IMG/VR virus record: IMGVR_UViG_2582580504_000002
Direction: 5' to 3' (one strand)
Source: a virus
Length of the DNA stretch: 49,413 bases
A model generated the notes under the pieces. The model saw only the letters and a list, made by a program, of their open reading frames with translations. It was not told the DNA's origin and did not search any database. Both the position numbers and the translations under genes were made by a program. Of this stretch, positions 35,261 through 45,074 are shown one piece after another. Each line of letters opens with the position of its first letter. The stretch's first letter is position 1.

Positions 35261-35785
35261 ATGACTGCGATACAGTACATCGAGTACCTCCTCGAGAACA
35301 ACTGGGAGTCGTCTATCGACGGCCGTTGGAACGATGTCCCACAGCCGTGGATCGGCCGCGAGAGCGAGAACACCAAAAAGACGCTCCGGAACAAGGACAT
35401 CCTCGAGGTTCAGGACGGCGGGTCAGCCTCAATCGAGCCAGCGTCGCTCGGCTGGCTTGAAGAAACATCAGAGTACCTCGTGACGGTCGATATCCGGACC
35501 GCCGATCGCCGCATCAAGGGGCAGAAGGTTGACGGCCGGATCCGTCTCGAGGGAGAGCGCGACGAGAACAACGAGGCCGAACGCTACGGCGGCCTCATCG
35601 GCGAAGTGAAACGGATCCTCGATGTCCACCGCCGCGGGGACAAGGAGTGGGATCTCGTCGAGGGCTACGAAGTCAACGATATCTCCGGAACTACGGGCCG
35701 CGGACACTACCGGGCAGCCGCTGAGATCCGTCTCCACGAGATCGCGGCGACGATCGATCCGTCAGTCACGCTCGACGGGCAGTAG
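35261..35785 (+). CDS. Tail terminator-like protein
   Basis: Synteny before the tail tube; beta-rich. Confidence 0.6.
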   Translation: MTAIQYIEYLLENNWESSIDGRWNDVPQPWIGRESENTKKTLRNKDILEVQDGGSASIEPASLGWLEETSEYLVTVDIRTADRRIKGQKVDGRIRLEGERDENNEAERYGGLIGEVKRILDVHRRGDKEWDLVEGYEVNDISGTTGRGHYRAAAEIRLHEIAATIDPSVTLDGQ

Positions 35786-35800
35786 CGACTCCACTTTTCA

Positions 35801-36142
35801 ATGCCATCAGACACAGACACCACTTCACAAGACGCATCGCCCGACGAGACGCCGTCGGACCCGCTCAAGATTCCCGACGAGCATGCCGACGACGAGGCCA
35901 GCCGTGAGGCGTTTCGCGACGGCTTCGCGAGGGCGCTGTTGCTCGTCCAGTCAACGACGTCGAACTTCCTGAAGCTGGCCACGATCGGTGCTGGTCAGGC
36001 TTCGGACGGTCGCGAGCCGCCCGACGCGTCCGTCGACGCGAGTGGGCTGGCTGACCTGATGGACGAGATCGACGTCGACGGCGGCGACACAGAGGAACCG
36101 GATGACGACCGACCGCAGCAACTCGGAGCTGACAACATATGA
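35801..36142 (+). CDS. Acidic hypothetical protein
   Basis: ATGA overlap with the tail tube gene. Confidence 0.6.
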   Translation: MPSDTDTTSQDASPDETPSDPLKIPDEHADDEASREAFRDGFARALLLVQSTTSNFLKLATIGAGQASDGREPPDASVDASGLADLMDEIDVDGGDTEEPDDDRPQQLGADNI

Positions 36143-37116
36143 GCCAATCAGCAACTGGAGCGGATACGACCTGGGTCTACCGCTGGGAGGATAACTTTGC
36201 CGGCGGGAACCCGACCGACGACACGTGGAAGACGTTCGGCCGCGATGTCACCGTCGGGACACTTGAGGGTAGTAACAACGCAGTCCGGATGTTCGATCCG
36301 GGCTCGAGAGAGGCGAAAGAGATCATCGAGACGAACTTCGATGGATCGTTCAGCGTCAATTTCACGCTGAGCAACCCCTGGTGGATTCGGGCGGTGATCT
36401 CGTCGGCGACGACGTCGGGCTCCTCGGCGCCGTACACGCACACCTTCTCGGGAGAGATGCCCTCGAGCATGGAACTCATGCAGGGGCTCAAGACCCGTGA
36501 CCAGGAGCGGCTTCTGCTCGGCTGCATCGTCACGTCCTGCACGATCGACGCGACCGTCCCGGACGAGGTGACGATCTCTCTCGACGGCGCGTACGCCACC
36601 GAAGATCCGTCGGTCGATGTCACCAGCCTCACGTCGCAGGTCGCGTCCGAGGTACGCCCCTACACCTACGCCGAGACGCAACTGCATCTGGCCGGCAGCC
36701 CTCTCCGGAAGATCCAGGACGCGAGCCTCACGATCGAGAATAACACCGACATCATCGAGGAACTGGGCAACCGGTTCGGCGTCGACTACAGCCCGAAGGA
36801 ACGCAACCCGTCGATCAACTACACCTCGATCGTCGGCGAGCAGAACGAGGACAAACTCGCACGAATGTACGGCGGCTCGGCAGCTGACGGGCCTGCTGAT
36901 CGCGTGACGAACAAGGAGGAGATCCGGATGATCTTCGACAACGGCCAGTCGGGATCGGCGACGCAGTCGATCGAGTTCGTCCTTACCGGCTCCTTCCCCG
37001 ACAGCCACTCTCGGTCGGGCATCGGCGACCCAACCGCTGGCCTTGAGGACGAACTGGACGAGATGAGCCTGTCCGTCGAAGCGATCGCCGAGAACAACCG
37101 CGACACGCCGCTGTAA
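36139..37116 (+). CDS. Major tail tube protein (siphovirus type)
   Basis: 325 aa; FDGSFSVNF, YTHTF, GCIVTSCTI, IRKIQDASLTIENN-like pattern. Confidence 0.8.
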   Translation: MSQSATGADTTWVYRWEDNFAGGNPTDDTWKTFGRDVTVGTLEGSNNAVRMFDPGSREAKEIIETNFDGSFSVNFTLSNPWWIRAVISSATTSGSSAPYTHTFSGEMPSSMELMQGLKTRDQERLLLGCIVTSCTIDATVPDEVTISLDGAYATEDPSVDVTSLTSQVASEVRPYTYAETQLHLAGSPLRKIQDASLTIENNTDIIEELGNRFGVDYSPKERNPSINYTSIVGEQNEDKLARMYGGSAADGPADRVTNKEEIRMIFDNGQSGSATQSIEFVLTGSFPDSHSRSGIGDPTAGLEDELDEMSLSVEAIAENNRDTPL

Positions 37117-37119
37117 CAC

Positions 37120-37680
37120 ATGACGAAATCAACCACCATCGACCTGCAGGACCGCATCGACGAGATCCGCGACGAGAAGATCCCGTCGATCGAGGAGTCC
37201 AAACGCGACCTCGCTCGAGAGGCCAAAGAAGAGTACGAGACCGCGGACGACGCGCCGGCGAAGTACCACCAGGCTCACCGCGAGTTCGAGGAAGACATCG
37301 CGGAACTCGAGGAAGAGGCGTCCGCGCACGAGGACTTCATCGAGAGGCATGGAACCGGCGAGTTCACGATCCGGAAGCTCGACGGCTCGCAACTGCTCCG
37401 CCTCGAGGACGAGGTCAACGACGCGTCGTTCGAAGTCGACCCCGAACGCGAAGAGATCGAGGGCGTCCCGAAGAACGGGTTCCGGAAAGCGATGTTCACG
37501 CGCCTGGCGCTCGTTGACTATCCGGACTCCTGCCCGGAGACCGACCGTGGCTACTGTGACGTCGGCGCGTTCGACGGCGACGTCTACTCGTTCCTCTTCG
37601 AGAAGGTGAAGCTGTTCAACAACACGGGGCAGACGGACCTGGGAAACTCCTCGCTGGCGGATACGATGCAGGACGTGTAA
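37120..37680 (+). CDS. Tail assembly chaperone (G-like)
   Basis: Follows the tail tube; in-frame G-GGA-AAC slippery heptamer near the 3' end. Confidence 0.8.
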   Translation: MTKSTTIDLQDRIDEIRDEKIPSIEESKRDLAREAKEEYETADDAPAKYHQAHREFEEDIAELEEEASAHEDFIERHGTGEFTIRKLDGSQLLRLEDEVNDASFEVDPEREEIEGVPKNGFRKAMFTRLALVDYPDSCPETDRGYCDVGAFDGDVYSFLFEKVKLFNNTGQTDLGNSSLADTMQDV

Positions 37681-37826
37681 TCGCCCGGCTCCAGGACAAC
37701 GGCATCCCGCTGTCTCAAATCACGATCGAGGACGTCCTCAACTACCAAGAACACTACGAGGACCTCCGCGAGGAGGACAAGTACCGCTTGCTCGAGGCCG
37801 TCGACGAGATGTTCCCCGATAACTGA
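37641..37826 (+). other. Programmed -1 frameshift site (GGGAAAC, 37641-37647) and GT-like extension
   Basis: The -1 frame is open for 61 codons (GKLLAGGYDAGRVIARLQDNGIPL...EMFPDN) with no plausible start codon of its own, ending 3 nt before the next ATG. Confidence 0.82.
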
Positions 37827-37828
37827 TC

Positions 37829-38647
37829 ATGTCTGTAGAACTCGATACTCCGGGCCAGACGATCCGACTCTGGAACGGTCAGGAATCCCGGACGCAGACG
37901 CAGGGCAACGTCAAGGTCGATAACCTCCCGGCGAGCGGTTCCGACAAGACGCTCCTGACCGGGCTCGAGGCCAGTGAGACGGTCACGTACACCGGCACCG
38001 CGACCGCAAACCGCCTCTCGAAGCTGAGCGGCTACTCGAACGACCCGGAGACAGCGCTCGCCGAGTGGCTCGTCACTGCGGAGGCGACGCTCAACGGCCG
38101 CCAGGGAGAAGGCCACGACCTCGTCGACGACAATCGAGGCCGCACGATCCGCGGTGTCCTCGGCGTGTTCGGCTGGCAGCGCTCACGCGGCGCCCGGTAC
38201 GAAGTCGAGTGGAACCTCGAACTGGTTCGTGGCCGCGGCCTGATGCCGTACCGCAGCCCGAGTCCACCCGACCCGAATCCGCAGGAAAAAGCGTTTCTCG
38301 ACGGTGCAGACCTTGGATCGATCCGGGAACTGCAGGAAACGAAAGAACAGCCGATCGAACCAGTCCCCCTCCACGCGCTGTCGGGCCCGGAGAACTACGA
38401 GATTCTCGACGACGGCGGGGCTCAGCGATCGATCACTATCACCGGCGAGATCGCCGGCGACCGTCTCGACACGTTCGATGATCACATGCGATCGATCGTC
38501 GGCCGCGACCAGATCGTCACCTTCGAAGAGGCGTTCCCTGGCCGCTCGCTCGAGGTGATGGTTCAGAACTACGACTCCGTCCGCAGCGCCGGACGGACGC
38601 GACTCGGGTCGTACTCCCTCGAGATGGTCGAGGGACGGTCGGCCTGA
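37829..38647 (+). CDS. Tail protein with two tandem Dit/tube-like domains
   Basis: Two similar halves ending EWNLELVRG and SYSLEMVEG; lies between the chaperone and the tape measure. Confidence 0.6.
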   Translation: MSVELDTPGQTIRLWNGQESRTQTQGNVKVDNLPASGSDKTLLTGLEASETVTYTGTATANRLSKLSGYSNDPETALAEWLVTAEATLNGRQGEGHDLVDDNRGRTIRGVLGVFGWQRSRGARYEVEWNLELVRGRGLMPYRSPSPPDPNPQEKAFLDGADLGSIRELQETKEQPIEPVPLHALSGPENYEILDDGGAQRSITITGEIAGDRLDTFDDHMRSIVGRDQIVTFEEAFPGRSLEVMVQNYDSVRSAGRTRLGSYSLEMVEGRSA

Positions 38648-38667
38648 CACCACAGCAGACGCTATTT

Positions 38668-40272
38668 ATGGTACTTGACATAGGACTCCGAGCAAAGGTC
38701 ACGCCCGAACTCGACGAACGCGAGGCGGACCGTGAAGCCGACCGGCTCGCGGATAAGTTCCGCGACGCCGAACAGATCGAACCCGAGGTCGATGCTGGCG
38801 GGATACAAGACCAGATGGACGGGGCGATGGGCGATGTCGGCCTTCCGGACGTCGGCGGAATGGGTGGCGGCGCCGGCGGGGCAGCTGCCGGTGGTGCCCT
38901 CTCGAGCGCGCTGAAAGGCGGCATGCTGCAGGTCGCACTCGGCGGGACAGTCGGTCTCGGGTTGCTGAGCGGGATCAACAAAGTCGCCGAAGCCTCGCCG
39001 TCCTGGCAGAAGACACAGACCCTGTTCTCAGACGCGATGGACCTGTTCTTCCGCCCGTTCGGCGACAAGATGTCCCAGTGGTTCAGCCCACTCGCGGAAG
39101 ACGTCCTCGGGATGGCCGTCACGTTCAACGACATCGCTGACTCGGACGGTCTCGCAACCGCGATCCTCAGCATGCCGAAGAACGTCATGGACAACCTCTC
39201 CGCAGAGGGTGCTGGAATCGGTCTCGGTGCCCTCGCCGGCGGTGCTGGCGGTGCGGTCGGCGGTGCAAAAGGGGGCGCAGCACTCGGCGCTGCAGCTGGC
39301 TCGATCATCCCCGGTGCAGGGACTGCAGTCGGCGGCCTCGTCGGCGCCGGCGTCGGCGCCGGTGTCGGTGGGGCGGCCGGGATCCTCGGCGGCGGTGCGA
39401 TCGGCGGGAAGATCGGTGACTTCCTCTCGGACCTCTCATGGGGCGATTTCGTCCCGGACATCGCGTGGGGCGACTGGATCCCAGAGATCGACTGGCGGGG
39501 CTGGATCCCCGACGTCAACTGGGACGAGTGGGTCCCAGAGGTCAATTGGAATTCGTGGATCCCAAATATCGAGTGGAATGAATGGGTTTCGGAAGCCAAT
39601 TGGAACTCATGGATCTCGAGCCTGTCGTGGGGCTCGTTTGTTCCTTCGGTCACCTGGAGTAACTGGGTGCCCGACGTCAATTGGGATGAGTGGGTCCCAA
39701 GCCTCGGGTGGGATGACTGGATCCCGAACGTCTCATGGACCGACTGGGTTCCGAACCTAACTTGGAACTCGTGGGTTCCTGACCTCTCGTGGACCTCGTG
39801 GATCTCAGACCTGTCATGGACATCGTGGATTCCCAACCTCTCGTGGAACTCGTGGGTTCCAGACTTGTCGTGGTCAGATTTCATCCCTGAACTCAAATGG
39901 GGACGATTCATCCCGTCGAATCTCGGCGGCGGTGGTGGAGGCGGCGGAGGAGGTGGCGATGGCATGCTTCCATTCGCCTCGGGAGGGATTGTGCGACAGC
40001 CGACGAACGCACTGATCGGAGAAGCTGGGCCAGAGGCAGTCATCCCTCTTGATCGTCTCGGACAGGTCATGCAGCAGCGCGACGACAGCGGCGGTCGGCA
40101 GCCGTCCCCGACCCAACGAGCGCAGTCACAGCGAACTCCGCGCTCGAGCGATGACACGTCCCGGAAGCTCGACACACTGATCCGCGAGATGAAGCGAACG
40201 CGACGGTCGATCGAGAACCGTCCGAACCCAGAAAGTAGCAGCGACACTGGTGGCCGCTACGACCCGTTCTAA
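38668..40272 (+). CDS. Tape measure protein
   Basis: Gly/Ala-rich hydrophobic segments, Trp repeats, C-terminal FASGGIVRQPTNALIGEAGPEAVIPL motif. Confidence 0.85.
   Translation: MVLDIGLRAKVTPELDEREADREADRLADKFRDAEQIEPEVDAGGIQDQMDGAMGDVGLPDVGGMGGGAGGAAAGGALSSALKGGMLQVALGGTVGLGLLSGINKVAEASPSWQKTQTLFSDAMDLFFRPFGDKMSQWFSPLAEDVLGMAVTFNDIADSDGLATAILSMPKNVMDNLSAEGAGIGLGALAGGAGGAVGGAKGGAALGAAAGSIIPGAGTAVGGLVGAGVGAGVGGAAGILGGGAIGGKIGDFLSDLSWGDFVPDIAWGDWIPEIDWRGWIPDVNWDEWVPEVNWNSWIPNIEWNEWVSEANWNSWISSLSWGSFVPSVTWSNWVPDVNWDEWVPSLGWDDWIPNVSWTDWVPNLTWNSWVPDLSWTSWISDLSWTSWIPNLSWNSWVPDLSWSDFIPELKWGRFIPSNLGGGGGGGGGGGDGMLPFASGGIVRQPTNALIGEAGPEAVIPLDRLGQVMQQRDDSGGRQPSPTQRAQSQRTPRSSDDTSRKLDTLIREMKRTRRSIENRPNPESSSDTGGRYDPF
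39433..39918 (+). repeat. 18 tandem 27-bp (9-aa) repeats, consensus [LV][SN]Wxx[WF][IV]P[DNES]
   Basis: From LSWGDFVPD to LKWGRFIPS, counted by hand: 486 bp = 18 x 27. Confidence 0.92.
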
Positions 40273-40284
40273 CCGATCCAACAG

Positions 40285-42090
40285 ATGCCGACGATCACAC
40301 TACACGTCGACGACCAGAACCGCGAGCGGAAGCTCTCGGTGGATGCAACGCGCGCTGAGAAAGTCGAGGAGGTCCGCGGCGAGATAGACCACGCGATCGT
40401 CACGCTTGAGCGCGAGACCTGGCGCGACGTCGACGACATCCTCGAGCGGCGGACCGATCATCTCATCGTCGACGATGGCAGCGGAACGTGGTTTGCCGGC
40501 CGGTTTGACGACGACTCAAAAGGAGATGATGCGACGATCGAAGTCCGGATCGCCGGCTACGAGCGGGACGCGCTTGACGCAGAACCCCTCGGCGACAACG
40601 TCATCTACCAGAACACCGATGATAGTGTGATCGTAACGGGTCTGGTCGACCAAGTCGGAACGCTCGAAGCTGGAACGGTCGAGACGGTAAAGTCGGGACT
40701 GTCGATGTCGTTCTCGTACGCGAACCCATCGAAGGCACTGCGTGACACCGAAGAAGCTGGCGGCGGGGAACTCCGGTTCAACTACGATCAGACGGTCGAC
40801 TACGTCAGTCGCCTTGGTGCTGATCGATCAGGTGTCGTTCTCTCTCCTAGCGAGCGAACGATCATCGACGAACCCGAGGTCACCGAAGATGCCCGCGAAG
40901 ACGTTACGCACCTTCGCGGGTTCGGCGCCCAGTCCGGTCCAGACCAGGTGACTGCAAAAGTCGTTGCTGACAGCTATGGCGGTGGGAAGCAGGTCTGGCG
41001 AGAGTACGAGAACAAGGACATAAAGGTGAAGACGCGGCTTGAGAGCATCCTCGAGCAGCGGATCACCGAGATCGAGAACGAACCCGCACACATCGAGATC
41101 GAGGCGACCGCGATCGGCGTCGACGTCGACCTCGGCGACCGGGTGACTGTGACACTCCCTGAAGAGGGGATCGATCGCATGCTCAGAATAGTTAGTAGGC
41201 GCGAAATCCTCGAGTCGGCCGGCGTATCGTATGTCCTTTCACTCACGAATCGGCTTCTGACAGGAGAGGACTCTGGTCAGAAGGCGCGAAAAGACCTACA
41301 GCGGTTCAACCGCGGCTACGAAGGGTTCGTCGACCGAGCCCAGATCACTTCGGGCTGGAACGCAGCCGGGGACGGAACTCCTCAGGAACTTATCGTCGTC
41401 AACTGGCCGGACGATATTGTCGAAGAACAAGTCGTGACGCTCGCCGTCCAGGGCCGGGCGTGGCGATCTCCAGTGCTGCCGGAATCACACGACCATTCTG
41501 TAAGTATTGGTAGTCACACTCATTCTGTATCAATATCGGATCATAAGCATGATGTTACTGTCGAACTGATGGATCATGACCACACGTCAGGGACGCTTTC
41601 TGCTGACTCACATGACCATGACATGAGTTTCACGAGGTATACGTCTGAAGATAGCCCTGATGATCCTCACGATCACCTCGTCGAATTAAACAAATTGACA
41701 GGTGATGCGGCACCATCTGTGTCGGGAATGACCGGTACGACGGGAGGGGAATCGCAGACTGTTACATCTGAATCTGGTGGCGGAACTACTGAAACAACAT
41801 CCAGTGGTGGTGGAACAACAACGACAACTGACTCTACAGTACCGTTATCTCCAGAAGTGACGACTCAGTTCGATGGCACCACTTACTACCCGTCGGATGT
41901 CACAATCTCGCTCAATGGAACCGATGTCGCGACGATCGCCGGCAATGACTCCTCGAGTTGGACTGAGACGATCAACCTCGAGGGCGAGCTGACATCGGGG
42001 CTGAATACGATTACGGCGACGCCGGCGACGCGGGGCGAGCTGAACCTCTCGCTTGCGTCGGAACTGTTCCGCCGCGGCCGAACCCAGTAA
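40285..42090 (+). CDS. Baseplate hub/Tal-like tail-tip protein with HxH-repeat spike insertion
   Basis: Hub-like N-terminus; six HxH motifs at ~41485-41680. Confidence 0.72.
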   Translation: MPTITLHVDDQNRERKLSVDATRAEKVEEVRGEIDHAIVTLERETWRDVDDILERRTDHLIVDDGSGTWFAGRFDDDSKGDDATIEVRIAGYERDALDAEPLGDNVIYQNTDDSVIVTGLVDQVGTLEAGTVETVKSGLSMSFSYANPSKALRDTEEAGGGELRFNYDQTVDYVSRLGADRSGVVLSPSERTIIDEPEVTEDAREDVTHLRGFGAQSGPDQVTAKVVADSYGGGKQVWREYENKDIKVKTRLESILEQRITEIENEPAHIEIEATAIGVDVDLGDRVTVTLPEEGIDRMLRIVSRREILESAGVSYVLSLTNRLLTGEDSGQKARKDLQRFNRGYEGFVDRAQITSGWNAAGDGTPQELIVVNWPDDIVEEQVVTLAVQGRAWRSPVLPESHDHSVSIGSHTHSVSISDHKHDVTVELMDHDHTSGTLSADSHDHDMSFTRYTSEDSPDDPHDHLVELNKLTGDAAPSVSGMTGTTGGESQTVTSESGGGTTETTSSGGGTTTTTDSTVPLSPEVTTQFDGTTYYPSDVTISLNGTDVATIAGNDSSSWTETINLEGELTSGLNTITATPATRGELNLSLASELFRRGRTQ

Positions 42091-42141
42091 CCGAACGGAA
42101 TCAGGGAGTCAAACAACCGCGACCAATCCTGAGAACAAACC

Positions 42142-42498
42142 ATGCCAACAGAAGCGACAGCAGCCGGCTACCAGTCGATTCGTCAGCACATCATCGATAC
42201 GTGGGACTACCTCGAACTCCGGGATAATAACGGGGACCCGGTCACTCGAGTCCAGATCAGCAGCGATTCGCGACTCGAGTGGACGACAACCGCGACAGAT
42301 CAGACGCTGATCGTCGAGGCGAGCGTATCCGGATCGGACAGTGACATCCCGCAACCGACGACGCTCTCGAGTTCGGCGCTGTTCGATACGGACTCGAACG
42401 GGAGCGAACTGCACACGGACTCGTTCGCTGACGCGACGATCGCGAACGACAACGACACCGTAATCATTGAACACTCGCTTGAGGTGCCCCGACAATGA
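42142..42498 (+). CDS. Tail/baseplate structural protein
   Basis: Beta-rich, Thr/Ser/Asp-rich; synteny. Confidence 0.65.
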   Translation: MPTEATAAGYQSIRQHIIDTWDYLELRDNNGDPVTRVQISSDSRLEWTTTATDQTLIVEASVSGSDSDIPQPTTLSSSALFDTDSNGSELHTDSFADATIANDNDTVIIEHSLEVPRQ

Positions 42499-43004
42499 CG
42501 GACCACGTTTTCCCCGAAGACCAGGGAACGAACGAGAACCTCACTGACCCAGGCGACGGCGATGCGAACGACGCCGCAAACTGGGCAGGAGCGCACTACT
42601 CGGCGAACGACGTCGACTACGTCCTCAGTGGGCTTACCTTCTCCGCTGACTGGGCGACGCCGGCACTCGACATCTCGCAGGGGAAGGCTCGAATCTCCTC
42701 CCCAGAAGCGACGGGCGCACAGACTGGCGAGATCCGGCGCGACGTCGCGTTCACGGTTGAGGTCGACGCCCGGTCAGGAGTCGCGCTCGAGGCAGATGCG
42801 ACGAACCACGTCTACCTGAACGTCCTGCTGACGGACGACGACGCGCTCGAGATCGTCATCAACACGACCGGCACGGTGCCGGCAGAACCGTCACTGAAGA
42901 TCGGGGTCGTGGACACGGCCGCAGAGACAGTCGACGAAGTGAATCGGGCACCATCTGCTCACTTTTCAGAAATCGTGTTGGAAGACACGTCTACAGGGAG
43001 TTAG
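42495..43004 (+). CDS. Tail/baseplate structural protein (fibre-anchor-like)
   Basis: VLSGLTF..LDISQGKARI..VYLNV pattern; ATGA overlap. Confidence 0.65.
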   Translation: MTDHVFPEDQGTNENLTDPGDGDANDAANWAGAHYSANDVDYVLSGLTFSADWATPALDISQGKARISSPEATGAQTGEIRRDVAFTVEVDARSGVALEADATNHVYLNVLLTDDDALEIVINTTGTVPAEPSLKIGVVDTAAETVDEVNRAPSAHFSEIVLEDTSTGS

Positions 43005-43049
43005 AGTACATATGATTTATCAATAGATAATGGCAATTCGAGACCGTAG

Positions 43050-43355
43050 ATGGATAGAGGTGTTACCCGGCGGAATATTCTCGGGGCTGTTGGCGCCGGT
43101 AGCGCGGTAGCTATTGCGGGATGTAGTTCTGGGACTACTGACGGCCCTGTCGAGCAAGAACCGGAACCAAACAATGCAGAAGAACTGCCAGAGCCGACGG
43201 ATGCACTGGTTATTGAATCGGACGAGCAGCACACTCTCCAGAAGGGGGTCGAAGAATCGTACGATGGGATCATCATTCACTCGAGCGGCGCGCTCGTTTC
43301 AGAAACAACCGCAGAACTCGAACTGAGAGAACTCACTCACAATGGCGAAGAATAA
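43050..43355 (+). CDS. Tat-exported lipoprotein
   Basis: TRRNIL twin-arginine, hydrophobic stretch, lipobox IAGC; own TATA-like GATTTATC ~30 nt upstream. Confidence 0.8.
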   Translation: MDRGVTRRNILGAVGAGSAVAIAGCSSGTTDGPVEQEPEPNNAEELPEPTDALVIESDEQHTLQKGVEESYDGIIIHSSGALVSETTAELELRELTHNGEE

Positions 43356-44664
43356 TATAAAACTGGTCAACAAGGACGGCACGATCGTTGGGGTCGACCC
43401 GGAGACGGGAGACGAGGTCCCAATTGAACTCGATGAGACAAGTATCACGCAGGCAAGTGTAGGGCGAGAATACACTAGTGCCCGCTCAGGGCAGTACGTC
43501 GTCCACTCTGATGGATCAACCATCCATGTGGACGGACCTGATGGCTCTGTAGTGTCTGGAGACTGGGACACGCTCGCCACGGAGCTACCGAAGGTCGTTG
43601 ATCCACTCGACTGTATCGTCTTCGCGGAACATACATTTAACCCGACTCAGACGGTCGTCTTCGATGTTCCTGTTTCACTCGTCTCCAGAGGCGCAGAGTT
43701 AGTCACTGCCGACGACAGTTTCACCTACATCTTCAAATCGAACGTCCCGCAGCCGACTAACGATCAATACGCTCGTAAGGCGGTTGAGATCAGTGGCTTC
43801 GAGGCCGATCTTCAGAAAGGGGACGGGCAGCAGCACGGCTTCTATATGGCGGAGGGGTACCTGAGCAACCAGTCGATCTACAATAACACGATTCGCCATT
43901 TCGACGGTGAGCACGTCCTACGGCAGAATGCCAACAGTCACGTTTGGTCTGTGTACGGCAACTCCCTCCAAGATCGCGGAAACTCCTCTGGAACTCGAGC
44001 GTTAGTTCTCTACAGCGGCTGGAGCTGGATAGCCATGAACGACCTTGGTGGAGGGATCATCTCTGACTCAACGGGCGGGACGAATATGTTCACGCTCAAT
44101 TCGATTTTCAATTCGAATGGAGGTGGGGCCACTCTCTCGACAGATGATATATTTGATGGTAACGTCGTCACTGATAACGGCGCTCACGGGGTTACGGTTA
44201 GTGCTGGTGATAGGGACATCATTATCTCAAACAACCAGATCACAAACAACTCAAAAAACTCTGACACGCCAACCTACAGCGGACTACAACTCGAATCTAC
44301 GTCGTCAGACCCTCTCATCGGCCTGTCTGTCGAGGGGAATCGAATCTTCAATAAATACCCGTTATCGGGAGATCACACTGGCGAGCAGGCTTACGGGATC
44401 AACATCGACGGCTACCTCGAAAACTCGGTCATCGACGGGAGTAACGTGCTGTACGACAATGCGTCGGGGTCGATCAACTTCAACTCGTCCACTCTGACGA
44501 ACACCCGTGTCGAGGACCCGATCGCTTCAGGACGAACCGCAGGCAGTTCACGGCCATCGAATCCTTATAACGGTATGCCCTTCTTCGACACATCTCTCGG
44601 GCAACCGATCTGGTGGGACGACAGCGCGGGATCATGGGTTGACTCCACGGGAACGTCGGTCTAA
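43342..44664 (+). CDS. Tail spike / receptor-binding protein with right-handed beta-helix (possible glycan depolymerase)
   Basis: Asn-rich stacked repeats (IYNNTI, VYGNSL, FDGNVV, ISNNQI, VEGNRI); C-terminal SRPSNPYNGMPFFDTSLGQPIWWD..WVDSTG. Confidence 0.82.
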   Translation: MAKNNIKLVNKDGTIVGVDPETGDEVPIELDETSITQASVGREYTSARSGQYVVHSDGSTIHVDGPDGSVVSGDWDTLATELPKVVDPLDCIVFAEHTFNPTQTVVFDVPVSLVSRGAELVTADDSFTYIFKSNVPQPTNDQYARKAVEISGFEADLQKGDGQQHGFYMAEGYLSNQSIYNNTIRHFDGEHVLRQNANSHVWSVYGNSLQDRGNSSGTRALVLYSGWSWIAMNDLGGGIISDSTGGTNMFTLNSIFNSNGGGATLSTDDIFDGNVVTDNGAHGVTVSAGDRDIIISNNQITNNSKNSDTPTYSGLQLESTSSDPLIGLSVEGNRIFNKYPLSGDHTGEQAYGINIDGYLENSVIDGSNVLYDNASGSINFNSSTLTNTRVEDPIASGRTAGSSRPSNPYNGMPFFDTSLGQPIWWDDSAGSWVDSTGTSV

Positions 44665-44800
44665 CCGTTCTGTCCTGAGTCGTGGTAGGTGCATCGACGC
44701 CTGACAAAGATACGATTTGAACACGATACGTAAACGATGAGTCACCGAACGTTACCGGCTGCCGCAGCCTTCATGGCGGGCCGACCGGAAGGTCTCGAGT

Positions 44801-44929
44801 ATGACAAAGAGCGTGAAGGTTCCGGATCCGGTACACGAGCGGGCCAAGGAGATCAAGGAGACTCATGACTACGCATCACTCGGCGAAGCGGTCCGTCACA
44901 TGTGCCGGGAAGGCGGCTACGACGTTTAG
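44801..44929 (+). CDS. 42-aa ribbon-helix-helix protein, absent from the ORF track
   Basis: MTKSVKVPDPVHERAKEIKETHDYASLGEAVRHMCREGGYDV, translated by hand. Confidence 0.75.
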   Translation: MTKSVKVPDPVHERAKEIKETHDYASLGEAVRHMCREGGYDV

Positions 44930-45074
44930 TATCCGCTCGGTGACTGTTCGGCAACACGCCGAAAACAGGCGTCTCACGGCCTGTACTGAGTCTCGGTAGC
45001 CGCATCGACACTTAGCAAACGACCCGTTTTGAGACATCCTCGAGTCCACTTTCGAGCGGCCAGTTACAACTACC

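Noticed and set aside
39433-39918. Regular repeats as a possible CRISPR array or DGR template
   Set aside because: In-frame degenerate coding repeats with no unique spacers; no cas or reverse transcriptase gene.
44944-44970. Hairpin after the 42-aa RHH gene as a regulatory RNA
   Set aside because: A single short stem, adequately explained as a terminator-like structure or chance.
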